Part shown: positions 40,189-53,588 of the stretch, one piece after another | How positions within the stretch are numbered: the stretch's first letter is position 1 | Layout of the letters: the number at the start of each line of letters is the position of its first letter | Assembly (NCBI RefSeq): GCF_006345805.1 | Contig: NC_043001.1 | Span: forward strand, 56,110,001 to 56,174,000 | Reading direction: 5' to 3' | DNA: 64,000 nt | DNA from: Octopus sinensis | Lineage: Eukaryota | Translations under genes and position numbers: made by a program | The notes under the pieces: generated by a model | Database searches by the model: none | Seen by the model: only the letters and a program-made list of their open reading frames with translations | What the model was told of the DNA's origin: nothing

Positions 40189-41829
40189 TGTATACGGACA
40201 ATGCAACACAAAATTAACCAAGCTTTAAAAATTATGCCGAGGATGTAAACTAACAATTTTCACTATTTTTGACATGATGGCAAACTTGGGACTAAAAAAA
40301 CATAAAAAAAATTACTGACGCATTTTGTGTAGAAAAAGGAAAAAAAAAATTCTGTCATGTGAAAGATTTATGAAAAAGAAAAAGAAAAGAAGAAGAAAAC
40401 ACTGCTTAACTTGTTTTTGCTAATAATACTTGTATATAATAAGAATATATAAATAAGATGTTTTTCAGGACACACAAACAAAAGAGTAGATTTTCTAAAG
40501 CCATAAAACATGTACTTGGTTATCTTTGTGGAGCCTAAGTGCGCCGCAGTGTATCCTTTGCGAATAACTGATTTAAGGTGACTACCGGTTCGATGTTGGA
40601 AAAAGCAGTTTTATGGTTTGCCGATTGGATAACATTGGTGAACCACGATATTAGTGATTACCACACATCTAAAGGTTTGAAATTACAATTGTGGATATAA
40701 GTAATTATCGTATACACGTCTGTTGACAGGCTCAATTGTACACTTGAAAATGTAATTTCCGTTTTCTTTTCACTTATAGACGTTGATATTTGGCCCTCGA
40801 TCAAACTTGATAAAGTAACTCTACAATCAAAGGCATTCTAGCCGTGACCATCTCGACATTCTGTTTATTTATGTCTAACACTGTCCAATGTATCTTTTTT
40901 CAAAAGAAGGATGATGATTTGAGGGAGATTTCATTGTCACCTTTAGCAGATCGAGTGATTGCGTAGATGCTTCACTAGTGGTGCCTTTTGGCTATTATCT
41001 AAGATAATCATTGTTGCATGAGTCTCCAAAGGATATTCGAACAACAACAACAGTAACGACAACAACAGCAGCCATAGAGTAACTATGTAAGAACAACAAC
41101 TACAATATTGGCAGCAGTATCAACGAAGAGAAGAACGGAACGGAAACAATTTCAATGTTAACAACAGAAAGGAAGACGTCACGCCAGTTAGTGAAACAGG
41201 AAGCAGGAATAATAGATTCTATGACCAACTAGGTGACGTCAGACGCGCGCACACGCACGTGTGTGTATGTGTGTGTGTGTGTGTATGTGTGTGTGTTTGT
41301 GTGTGTGTCTGTGTGTGTGTGTGTGTGTGTTTTGTTCGATGCTGCAAAACTCTCTTGTGGTGTCCCATTTGCTCTGCAACAACAATAGCCAAGTTGACTG
41401 ACTGACTGACTAATGGACGAAGCATCCCTCATACTTCATGAGAGTGGGTAATAAATAAATAGATAAATAGACGTTTTCTTCCACACTTCTTCTTTCATTA
41501 CATCTGTGCCTGGCTCCTAAGATGATTGCTTTTTATTTGGCAGAGGAAGATTTCACATATCGTAGTGTCTCCATATCCAACTACACACACACACACACAC
41601 ACACACACACTTACAATACACACATGCGCAAACACATACACACAATACACACACACATATATACAAATACACACATACGCACAAACACACTCAAACACAC
41701 ACACGTACAAACGTACACACACACTCACAGACACGCACATACACATGCAAGCACAAAGATATCTGTAAGAGCATATATAAATATTCAAGTACATAGGTGT
41801 AAATGCATGTTTCAATATGATGCATTCAC

Positions 41830-41873
<44 letters not shown>

Positions 41874-42189
41874 GTATGCATGTATGTATATGTGTGGGTG
41901 TGTGTGTGTATGCGTGTGTATGAGTGAGTGTGTGTGTGTGTGTGTGTGTGCATGTGTGTGTGTATGCATATTAGCCTTTCCCATCGAAAGTGACATACGA
42001 GCACCCAGTCGTTCGATTAACTAGACGACCTACTCACAGAAGTAGCAGAATATGCCCCCCCACCCGACACGTGTACCCATAACGTAATTCTCAAGTGGGT
42101 TCAATACATGTGACGAGAATCTTCAGAGTTTCTGTCCATCCACTTTTACTTACAAAGTAAAGGTCGACCCGAGGTTATAAAAAACATTG

Positions 42190-42395
42190 ACATCAAATTT
42201 TTGCACAAGGCCAATAATTTCGGGGAAGGTGGGTAAGTCGATAGGACCCCAGTACTCAACTGGTACTTATTTTATCGACCCAGAAAGGAATGCAAGGCAA
42301 ACTCGACCTCGGTGGAATTTGAACTCAGAGTGTAAAGACGGACGTAATGCCGCTAAGCAATTTGCCTGGCGTGCTTACGATCGTGCCAGCTAGCT
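42190..42395 (-). mobile_element. SINE family B
   Basis: Full head-to-tail match to family B. Confidence 0.8.
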
Positions 42396-42716
42396 AATCT
42401 GAGGTTATAAAGAAGGATATTACTCAAGTAATATCGCCATGATAGTTCGTTAGCTCCTACACGCATTTTTCTCTCCTTTTTTTTCTCTCATTCTTTCTCT
42501 CCTTGTTTTTTTCTGTGTATCTTTCTCTCAAAGAGCGTAGGCTCGAGACGTAAAAGACTTTTTCTATTCCTGACCGCTATACTAATACATTTGTTTGTTT
42601 GTACTCCACCTGCCTTCGTCTTTTGTTTATTTTCGTAAACTTTCCCTTTATTGCTCAAGTAAGTTCGCTTCACAAGCATGAGGAGTCTCATGGTTTGTGT
42701 TTTCATGGTTTGTGTT

Positions 42717-43042
42717 CTAAAGACTCCGCCGGTTACGACGACGAGGGTCCCAGCTGATACGATCAACGGAACAGCTTGCTCGTGAAATTAACGTGCAAAT
42801 GGCTGAGCATTCCACAGACACGTGTACCCTTAACGTAGTTCTCGGGGATAATCAGCGTGACACAGAGAGTGACAAGGCTGACCCTTTGAAATACAAGTAC
42901 AACTCATTTTTGCCAGCTGAGTGGACTGGAGCAACGTGAAATAAAGTGTCTTGCTCAAGGACACAACGCGTCGCCGGGAATCGAACTCATAACCTTACGA
43001 TCATGAGCCGAATGCCCTAACCACTAAGCCACGCGCCCTCAC
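42717..43042 (-). mobile_element. tRNA-derived CORE-like SINE, family C1, intact with 11-bp TSD
   Basis: Minus head GGCGCGTGGCTTAGTGGTTAGGGC...GAGTTCGATTCCCGG, CORE-like GTCCTTGAGCAAGACACTT. TGGTTTGTGTT at 42706-42716 and 43043-43053. Confidence 0.88.
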
Positions 43043-43094
43043 TGGTTTGTGTTACCGAGCTTTCATCCCACTGAAATTATACATTCTTTTCTCT

Positions 43095-43652
43095 CACATT
43101 AAATGTAACTATCAGGCGGCGAGCTGGCAGAAACGTTAGCACGCTGGGCGAAATGCGTAGCCGTATTTCGTCTGCCGTTACGTTGTGAGTTCAAATTCCC
43201 CCGAGGTCGACTTTGCCTTTCATCCTTTCGGGGTCGATAAATTAAGTACCAGTTATGCACTGGGGTCGATGTAATCGACTTAATTCCTATGTCTGTCCTT
43301 GTTTGTCCTCTCTATGTTTAGCCCCTTGTGGGTAATAAAGAAATAGGTATTTCGTCTGTTGCAACGTTGTGAGTTCAAATTCCGCCGAGGTCGACTTTGC
43401 TTTCATCCTTTCGGGGTTCGATTAAATAAGTACCTGTTACGCATTGGGCTCGATATAATCGACTTAATCCGTTTGTCTGTCCTTGTTTGTCCTCTCTATG
43501 TTTAGCACCTTGTGGGTAGTAAAGATATAGGTATTTCGTCTGCCGCTATGTTCTGAGTTCAAATTCCGCCGAGGTCGACTTTACATTTCATCCTTTCCGG
43601 GTCGGCAAATTAAGTACCAGTTGCGTACTGGGGTCGATCGAATCGACTTATC
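43095..43652 (+). mobile_element. SINE family B with triplicated internal module
   Basis: Single head GGCGGCGAGCTGGCAG, then three ~185-bp TATTTCGTCTG..GAGTTCAAATTCC..GGTCGAT modules, and a single tail GGCCTTGTGCCAAGAGTAGAA. Confidence 0.9.
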
Positions 43653-43962
43653 TCCTCCTCAAAAATTTCGGGCCTTGTGCCAAGAGTAGAAAACTTTAAA
43701 TGTAACTATTTGCATTAACCAAACATCTAACGTATACTGTACCTGCGAGAATGATCTTGATTCATTGATAATTCTTCAGGGTATATTATCAAAACATGTC
43801 GAGAGTTATTCAGGTTAAGACAACCTGTTGGGCTTGAAATAAGTCCAGGAGAAACAGATAAATGCAGAACAGGTTATCTACTTACAAATATGTTAAACTA
43901 ATTTCTTTTATGTTTATTATATATTATATTATGTACAACTTAATTTTTACTATATGACGACT

Positions 43963-44105
<143 letters not shown>

Positions 44106-44399
44106 TTAGACCAGCAACTGCTTTACAAAGACGATTGTGGCTTGTACAAGTTAAATTTACATTATTCTGAGTAACATGGACACCAAGGTGGCTAACTGAA
44201 TCAGCATTTGACTTGGCTATAAAATGACAATTTTATCAACGAAACACTGAAAGAAACACTGGAAGATAATAATCATTTAGGTAACTTAGCTTTCTTTATT
44301 CACGCAACATGTTATGAAAGAAAGCTCTTTGCGCCTCAGAGTTTGGAAGTTTTATATAACATTGGCTTTGACAGTACTTTCTATTGCTTGCAACATCCT

Positions 44400-45640
44400 C
44401 CCATCTATGCATGTTATTGTTCAGACGTTATAATTTATCCCTTAATTTGGCTTATACTTCTAACTGAGTATTTTCAAGTTGCCTCCAAAGGACTTGTTTC
44501 AGAATCACATCATTTACTCGTAAATCATGGCAACACCACCTCAGTTGAACGTTGATCAGGAAAGCTTTAGTACCAGAGACATAAGACTTTGCCTTTTAAT
44601 TGATCATGCATTTTGACTTTTGTTTTAATTGAGATATCATGAGTATTCCAAAGCCTCTTGAAGTTTACCAAAAGTGATGATGCTCGCTTTTTCTATAGGT
44701 GCTTCACTCTCTTTGTCAAGCTTATAATCATTTGTGATAGTGGAGCCAAGGTATGCGAATATATTGACTGCTTTAAGAGTTTTAGCTTCAACAATCACGC
44801 TGGGTATCACCTATGGATTACTGCCAAAATAATGCTATCCTTTTTTAAATTCTTATTATCAAGCCAAAGGATCTGCTACAACTGTAAATTTATTAACAAT
44901 CTGTTGAATATCTTCAAGAGAATGGGCAAGCAGTGCAGTTATCCGTGAAGAACAAACCCCCAGATATCTGAAAAGAAGCCCTTGTTTTAGCCTTAAAACG
45001 TTGATAATTGGAGATGCCCCGGTGGTGCGATATTCCACACTATACCATCGGTAGCATGAAAAAGGCATACTCTTGCATAATTTCAAAGAATAATACCGTT
45101 GCCAAAACACACCCTTGTATTGAACAATTTCTTACTTCAAATGATTGTGATTGATCTTCACATGAGAAGACAAATGCTGTCATATCCCCGTGTAAAGATA
45201 TCACATTTAACATTTCGTTATGCAACCCATGATTTACTAAGATGATCTTCCACAGACCTTGCGAGATACTGAGTCGAAAGCTTTGTGAGATCTATTATTA
45301 AATACAAGTTCATATCTATTTCATGTTTGGTCGTATCTATTCTCCTGCACCTGTCGGAAGCTAAATATCATGTCCATTGTTCCTTGACCACTCCCGAACC
45401 CACATTGGCCTTCAGGATACATAGTTAGGACTAAGTTGATGCTTATTCTATTTAAAATCACTCTCAGAAGAATTTTACCTGTAATTGAAAGAAGTGAGAC
45501 ACCACCATGATTATCCCATTTACACATTTTGCCTTTAAGCTTGCATAAATGAAATACTATGGCATCTTTATCTCATTCCATGTCCAGACTTAGAGCGCAG
45601 TCTGCCATTGATCCAGAGTATTACCTCCACATTTGCCTAA
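44400..45640 (-). mobile_element. RTE-clade LINE reverse transcriptase remnant
   Basis: GVSLLSITGKILLRVILNRI..PEGQCGF..GTMDMIFSFRQVQE; DLTKAFDSVS; QGCVLATVLF; ALLAHSLEDIQ. Many stops and frameshifts. Confidence 0.85.
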
Positions 45641-45709
45641 AGTATGCACGCGCACTCGCGCACGCACACACACATACACATACAAATAGGTAGATATATA
45701 AATAGCGAG

Positions 45710-45758
<49 letters not shown>

Positions 45759-46460
45759 CAAACAGACAGAAAACAATACAAAACAATCTATTGCTAAGAT
45801 TCTTGTTATTGGGCATGATGTAAATAAAGTGGTATTTTGTTAGAACTTAATCTGTCATTCCGTCGTTTCGTCCGGGGAAATAGTTGAATTATAGTTATTT
45901 GAATAATAATAATACAAAAAAAAAATAATAAATAAAAACATTGCGAATGTAACAAAATTTCTTCTCTGGGTAGTAACTGTTATTTGTTAATCGCTTGTGC
46001 TGAAAAAGAATAGAAAAATTATTTTATTTCCTTCAAATGTTGCTTTCGTGATCTGGATGCTATTTTGAAATGTTTGTACATGTTTTATAATTTAAAATGT
46101 CACCACTAAAGCAAGTACTCATAGGTGAAATAAAGTACCCAGAGTTTGTCTTCATATACAACGGAAATGCCGATATATTTCTTGTAAGCCTTGTAAATTC
46201 ACATTTTAGCTGATGCTGTATCAGTACTTTTTCGCTTTTGTATTGACAATTTGACCATTACATAGAGAAATTCATATGTCAAATGCTTGCATCCTTTTGA
46301 TACTATCTCTGATAAATATAGATAGATCTGCACACTTCTGCTGCCGAAACTATATTGAGCTGCTAAGCTCAATGTCCCTATATTTATATTACTATTTACA
46401 CTGTTGGGAAGTTCTAAAAAAATCTTGAAAGCTCTAGGAAATTATAGAAAACTTTCTGAA

Positions 46461-46485
46461 ATTCTTGAAAGTTCAAGAAAGTTCT
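46461..46485. promoter_or_regulatory. Perfect five-unit heat-shock element within a degenerate nTTCnnGAAn array
   Basis: ATTCT TGAAA GTTCA AGAAA GTTCT. Additional imperfect units span 46410-46540. Confidence 0.5.
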
Positions 46486-47382
46486 CCACCAGTTACTCAC
46501 ACTGAATTTATCTAGCATGTTCAAGAAAATTTCTAAACTTCAAAATATTATTAGTGAAGTTAGAAAAGCAATGTTCGAAGAGAATTTTGAATAATAGCCA
46601 TTTCCATTACATTTTAAGCACATACAATACAAATCTAATACTTACAGTTCAGAAATAAAAATAGAAAAGTTAACATTTTGTTGCATAGTGTAATTTAGCA
46701 TGACTAAAGAACACGGAATTGCACGAAGAGAAACATCATGGTGGTGCCAACAAATGGTGAGATGGCGACTAAATCCTGAACAAACCAGTTTCTTTGTCAA
46801 GTAGATGCTGCGAGACATGGAGAACTTCGTCGGCGCCAATTACAGGAACGAAAAGGAAAAATTTTGACCCAAAATGCCGTTCGATAGAGAAATGCAAAGC
46901 AACAACGTGAACGAATTTTCACACGAGATGCTGCTCAATACTGAAAATATCTTCGAAATAATCAAAGATTACCTCTTCCTATGGCTCAATGCCATGGTAT
47001 AGAAGTGATTCTGCAAGTTAATGTTGGCGTTCTCTCATATAGTCGTGGTTTCACGAAAGTATGACGTTATCATTGTAACGCTGTAATATTTCTTGGTATG
47101 CGGATAGGGAATACACTAAACAATCCTTATTTTGGTTTATGTTGCCAATCAGGAGTCAAGAGCAAAGTTAATCAAAATGTGACATTTATTTCCCTGTTCC
47201 ATTATTCATACACGGCCACTTATATGTTACTGTCAGTAGAGTTAGAGATCCTATTAATCAAACTCAATTTACTACATGAAGAGGACAAAAACAAAAAAAG
47301 TCTATTCAGAGATTGTTTGAATTTTAAAGATTTCTGTTTGTGGAACCCTGTATGTTTTGTTGTGTAGATGAATTTTAAAAAG

Positions 47383-47413
<31 letters not shown>

Positions 47414-47454
47414 AATATGTATTTTAGTTTTATGCATTTTGCATCTATCTTTTA

Positions 47455-47890
47455 ACTTTTATTTGTTTCGCTTATTGGACTGCGGTCATGCTGGGGCACC
47501 ATCTTAAAGCGTCTAGTGGAACAAATCAACACTAGAACTTGTATTTCATAGCCAGGTACTTATTCTATCAGCTTCTTTTGCCGAACCGCAAATTTACAGG
47601 GACGTAAACAAACCAACACCGGCGGTCAAGGCAACCGGTTGTAGGGAACAAACATAAAGATTCTCACACGCAAGCATATATATATTTATATAATGTCCTC
47701 ATCTATCTATACACAGTCACACAAACACACACGCACACACACACAAACGGTGGTCTTCTTTCAGGTTCTGTGTATCAAATTCCTTCAGAAGGGATATAAT
47801 AAAAGACATGCCCAAGTTGCCGCGCAGTAAGAATGAACCCAAGACCGCATGATCTGGAAGCAAGCTTCCCAGCCACACAGCCACGCCTGC
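47455..47890 (-). mobile_element. SINE family A (diverged)
   Basis: Reverse-complement match including head CCACACAGCCACGCCTGCG. Confidence 0.75.
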
Positions 47891-48477
47891 GTCTATAATC
47901 AAACATTTCTTTCCAACTTGTGTAATTTTGCTTTCCTTATTTCTTAGATATAGAAGTTATTTTTGCGATGAATCAAAATATATGTTTCTCCCGTTTGCAA
48001 AGCGATAGGCCAAAGCTATAGATATCTTAAGAGTGAGTGGTGTACAGTCACATAAATTGAGTCCAATCTTTGACGAGGACTTACTTCATCGACCTCAGAA
48101 AGATAAAGGGTAAAACAGAACCCCACGAGGTTTAAATCTGGAACTTTCACAAGACAAGGCGATGCTCTACTGATTCTGCATTTTTATACCCGTCCCCTAA
48201 AATAATAAACATCTGGCGGGACTCGAGGAAATTCCACGTTTTATAAAAGTCCTTATTTATATTTTGATGTACAAATATTTAAATCTTTTTAACAGTTTCA
48301 TTATGTTAAGATGTTTATTATGTCTTCCACTTCGTTTGATAATTGAATTGTTTTAAACTTATTTTTAAATTACTTTTTTATGTCAAAAACTTGTGATTAA
48401 GTTTTCGATTTTGTTCTATAGTTAGGTTTTTAAAAGCGTAACACTCGAACATATTATTTTGTGACAAGTAATTTTTA

Positions 48478-48727
48478 TTTGCTTTAGTCATTAGACTGTG
48501 GCCATACTAGAGCACCGCCTTGAAGAACTTTTATTCGAATGAATCAACCCCAAAATGACTTGTTTCTTTTTGTTAAGCCTGGTACTTATTCTCTTGGGCT
48601 CTTTGGCCGAACCGCTAATTTGCAGGGACACACCAGCACCGGTTGTCAAGTGGTGGCAGCGGACGAACACAGGCACAAATACACACACACACACACACAC
48701 ACACACAACACACACACACACACACAC

Positions 48728-48770
<43 letters not shown>

Positions 48771-48930
48771 CGTGCTATTTTCAGTTTCCGTCTACAAAAT
48801 CTACCCACAAGGTTTTGGTCGGCCCCGAGGATATAGTAGAAGACATTAACCAAAGGTGCCACATAGTGGGATTGAACTCAGAACTACGTGGTTGGGAAGC
48901 AATTTTCTTACCGCACAGCATCGCCTGTGC
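48478..48930 (-). mobile_element. SINE family A
   Basis: Full reverse-complement match with internal (AC)(AT). Confidence 0.8.
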
Positions 48931-49754
48931 TTGTATGATCAAGCCTAGTAGCAGAATAATATTCTAGATAATCTCTAGTTTAAATACAAGGACGGCAATT
49001 TCATTGATTAGCCACAAGTAATCTCTGACTGAATAGATCTATGGTCAGAAGGATCCTAGTCATGACCATCCTTCCTTTCTCGTATATAGAAAGAACCTAG
49101 GACAACATTATTCGATGTATATTTTCGTGAGATGGTGATATGTGACTCGAAGGATATGTAAGAGTTATTTATAGCAGGTTGAAAGGCCACGTATAGATTC
49201 CTTCATCGACATCTCACATATTTAGTGGAGGCATATAATAAATTATTTCAAAACAGTACATGACTAGTATTTCATTTTCTGAACTTGGAAAAAAATGAAA
49301 GTCAAATCTGAGGTTAGAAATTAGAACTTAAAGAACCATAACTATTCAACGATAAGCATTTTATCTGGTCTTGTAGTGATTATGTCAGCCACCAAAGTGA
49401 TCTTTGAGTAAAACCGAAAAAAGAAGAAGATAGAATAAGAACCTAAGAAATTATAATGTTTATGTCTTGTCAAAATAAACTATTATGAAGTTCATGTCAT
49501 GAGTTCAAGTTTTGGTTCAAACTGACTCATACTAACATCCTTCGGGAACTTTACAATATGCTATCGTTCAGTTCTAAAATACAGTAACGATGGAGTCTCT
49601 ATACAGTAGTTCAGCCTGATAAATATATTAGCCAAATTCCTTGAACTCATATCCTACCGTTTTAATAAGAGGAACGGCACATCGGATAATGTAGTTTTAG
49701 ATATAATATACAAAACTGAAATGAACTGGTTATAATTAGAGGGCCTTTGACATT

Positions 49755-49970
49755 GGTTTCAAATTTTGGCACAAGGTCAGCAATTTTGGGAGAGTGGGTT
49801 TGGTCGATTAGATCGATCCCACTGCTCAGCTAGTACTTATTTTATCGATCCAAAATGAGATGAAAAGCAAAGTCGACCTCGGTGGAGTTTGAACTCAGAA
49901 CGTAAAAACAAACGAAATGCCGTCAATTATTTTGCCCAGCGCGTAACGATTCCACCAGCTCGCTGCCTTA
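49755..49970 (-). mobile_element. SINE family B
   Basis: GGTTTCAAATTTTGGCACAAGG...CCAGCTCGCTGCCTT. Confidence 0.8.
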
Positions 49971-51907
49971 AGGGAAGGCGTTTGATTTTAAGTCTGCACA
50001 TTGAGAGCTCGTTAGAAGTTAACAATTCTGAGATATAGGGTCATTTCACTTACAGAAGAGAAGAAAAAATTATCTTAGTCCAGTAGTTCCTCTCATCCTG
50101 GAGTCCGCAGAAATTTAGGCATTAAGAGTTCATTAGATGAGTAAAAGACTTTTAAAAGGTTAAATTTAAATGAAGCATAAAATTGTAAGTTTACTCATTT
50201 ACACATATCTTTCGAGTGAGAGAAGAAACTGGGAAAATAAGTTTATTGTTAATTAATGAAATCGGTATTTTGAATAGACAGGTTTTTAAAGAGTGTTGGG
50301 AAATATCTTTAAATAAGAGGATTTATTGTCCAGGACCTTTTTTAAGTACTCCGCGTTGGGCTGACGGAAACCACATATCGATCTCCGACAATTTCAATCA
50401 TGAGATTTCAGTTGCTAAATCAGTTTATACTGCTGATCGACCTTCGAAGTCAACGTGGAAATAGCTGAGTATTCTTACTGAAACGTGTACCCTTAACTAA
50501 ATTCTTTAAGAAGATTTAGTGTGACACAGTGTGATGGGACCTATTCAATTGCAGATACAAGCAATTCTATATAGTTTCCCGCATTACAATTTCATTCAAA
50601 AGGCTTGGGTTGATCCGTGGACGCTGTAAAGACTTATGCTTTCACGCTGTGGGATCGAACTTGGAACCTCATGATTGCGAAGCAAACATCTTAACCATTC
50701 GGCATTGTAAAATATTTGCCTACCCTAAAAGTAGCCAAGAACGAAATGGTGGTTTTAATCAGGGAGACACATTAGACAAAAAAGAAAAAAAACAACCAAA
50801 AAACAAAACGATGCCTATAAACCTCTAGTCATTTGTTATTTGACAGGATTGACAAATTGTGATGTTCATGCTTTCTTTAACCGCATTAGATACATACGTT
50901 CTCATTTACATTACTGTATACTTTCAGATACATGCACAGAAATACACCTTCGATTCTTATACACGCATCTTCAGGCAAACTCAGTTATATACACAATTAC
51001 ACATGCCCGTACACGCACACTCACCTATGCACACTCACTCTCTCACTCTCCCACCCTCCCTCACTCATTCATTGTCAGAATACACATATTACACTCCCTG
51101 TCCTAACGCCTATATACACAAACATAACACTCACGCATACACTGCAATCATAATGTCGTAGATGGTGTATTTATATATGTAATTTCTCTCTATTTACAAA
51201 GATAGCACTAGACTTAGGCTGTTATATTTTCAAGCCGAGTTGCTAATATCCCTATTATTAATGGTGACGGCTGTTTATTGAGATATCACCACCAAGTGTT
51301 CTCTGGTCTGCAAATAGTCGGTCATCTGTCTATCAGTTACAATTTTATAATGATGACTTATCCGATCGAGTCAATTACTTGACACTACACGATACGAGGT
51401 ATCTATGAATGAATGATAAATTTATTGACCCACGAGAGGATCTGAATGATAATAGCAACTACAACTCTCAAGGAAGACCAATTACTTGAGAGAAATTTGA
51501 TAAACATCAGGCATTGCTTTTCATATTCGTTGGAAACGCGTATTAACTGAAGGAGACAGCGTATTTATAGACAGGTTGTAAGTAAGTAGCTACAATGTAT
51601 ACACTCTCTTGCTGTAGAATAAATAAAATAAATTCGGCTCACGAACTTATTCAGGAGAAACTAGTTGAATTGTTCTACAGTTTGTTCTCCAAAACAGAAC
51701 TCTGTGGCTTATTAAACATAGTCTGAGTTTGAATAGCAAAGCTAAACGGACTTTCACTAAACGTACATATGAATATTTATTTCCAGCTTATTCACAAGCT
51801 ATCGCAGTAGTTTATGTAATTAACACATACCTACATAATTGTATGCATGCATACATACATACATACAAACATACATACATACATACATACATACATACAT
51901 ACATACA

Positions 51908-51939
<32 letters not shown>

Positions 51940-51944
51940 CCTAC

Positions 51945-52990
51945 GGATAGCATTGTAGTCTTTGCAGCTATATCAGGCCTCAGGAGCAGGTATTATCTCG
52001 TAGATATTTTGGGTGATATCTTCCACACTGGTATAGCAGAGCTGACATCTTTTATCACAACGTGGCGGTTTGATGGTATCTTTGTCCCTTTTGTTTAACA
52101 GGAATTTTGTAGCTATCTCCTATTCCTGGATAGCGAAGGCATATCCTTCTAGGTGGGATATAATGTATCTATTGTAGTTCCAGGTCAGACTACTCTTCCT
52201 GTTAATGATGTTGTTGCTTTCTAGCATACGTACCCATTCATTGCTTTTTGTTGGTAAAATACCTGTTTCTCTCCCAAGCTTCTGTTTAGGTAGGCCAGTC
52301 CTGCCTCATTTGGGTAGCATGAGACAGCTGTATTCTCAGAGTAATGACACAGTAGTTCTCCAACTTTGAAGATGCTGTTGCTCTCACTTTTGAGTACGCA
52401 TGGGATGTACTCATTTCTTTCTTTACTGTTCAGCAGGTGTTGTTTGCGTGACGCTATGCGACATTCAAGGGCTGTTTGGATTGACCTTATGCCTCTACCA
52501 ACATCATTTCGCCTTACATAAATCCTATCGGTGTTACTGTTAATGTGGAAGTTGCCAGTGGTGATCAATACCTCTCTGGTTTTGGTGTTCAGGCTGCGTA
52601 TCTCATCGAGTGTCCAGTCCAACATTCCAAATGTTGGTACTAGAACTGGTACTGCAAAACCATTGTGAAATATGGTCTTGTTAAATACAGACAGCTCTGA
52701 GTTCCGTATTTTCAGGAGTCTACAGAAGTACTCTCTTGTTATTCTGGCTTTAGTCATAGTACCAAAGTATGCAACATTCTCATCGATTCCGAAGTACTTG
52801 AAGCTTTCATCATTAGAGATAAGGGGAGAAAGAAAAATTATTGATGTACTTGTTCTTTGCCTGGTCGTCGATCTTTCCTCAGTTGACTATTCCTATATTT
52901 TGTGAGAATGTTGTGACTAGTTCTGATTGTCTCTTGATGTTGGTCATATTACCAGAGTATAATTTTAGGTCATCTTCCATAGGAAGGACT
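51945..52990 (-). mobile_element. R4-like non-LTR retrotransposon RT/thumb/zinc-knuckle remnant, subfamily 4
   Basis: MEDDLKL (RT motif), FKYFGIDE, ORF 52221-52757 (NSELSVFNKT..NGFAVPVL..FGMLDWT..NTKTR..HINSNTDRIYV.R..GRG), CQLC..EDI. Confidence 0.82.
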
Positions 52991-53183
52991 GCTATGATGT
53001 ATACATGAAAGGTATTCCTTTAAAAACAAGGAATACTGGTGGAACACCCCAAAGAAAACATCAATTCGGTGCAAAGACCTGATATTGTTCTATGGGGCAG
53101 GGAACAAAAGCCATGCACTGTTGTAGAGGTGATCTGCTCATCAGATGTGAACGTACAGTTAAATGTCTAGGAAAAAGAGAATA

Positions 53184-53588
53184 CAGTGATCCCTCGCCAC
53201 TTCGCGGTTCAACTATCGCGGATTCACGACTTGGGAAGAAGTGGAAGAGGTGTCCCAGGAAAGGGCACCGCCGTCAGCTTCATCATCATCATTTCTACCA
53301 CGCAACAAATTTATCACCATCATCATTCGAATTTTACTTAAGCTTCTTTCGTGTTGAGTACAGTAACAAACTTTATTTCTTTTTAAATCTAAAGGTTATT
53401 GCTTAACAGTTGTTCTTGTTATTAATAGACTACTGTAATGGGTGGGTTGTTAACAGTACAGGGAGGGTTTTAAAAGTCCAAATACACGTTAAATAAAAAC
53501 TGTAAATATAGTGTCTCTATGTCGCGGAAATTCAGTTATCGCGGCCGGTCTCGGAACCAATCTACCGCCATAAATGAGGGATCCACTG
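53184..53588. mobile_element. pogo/Tigger-type MITE
   Basis: TA|CAGTGATCCCTCG...GAGGGATCCACTG|TA, with subterminal TATCGCGG repeats. Confidence 0.8.

Noticed and set aside
42975-43040. Possible tRNA gene
   Set aside because: It continues into a SINE body with a TSD, and the acceptor stem is not formed. It is a SINE head.
46642-46839. Minus-strand ORF ending at a GTAAG donor-like site
   Set aside because: No recognisable product; cannot be supported without transcript data.
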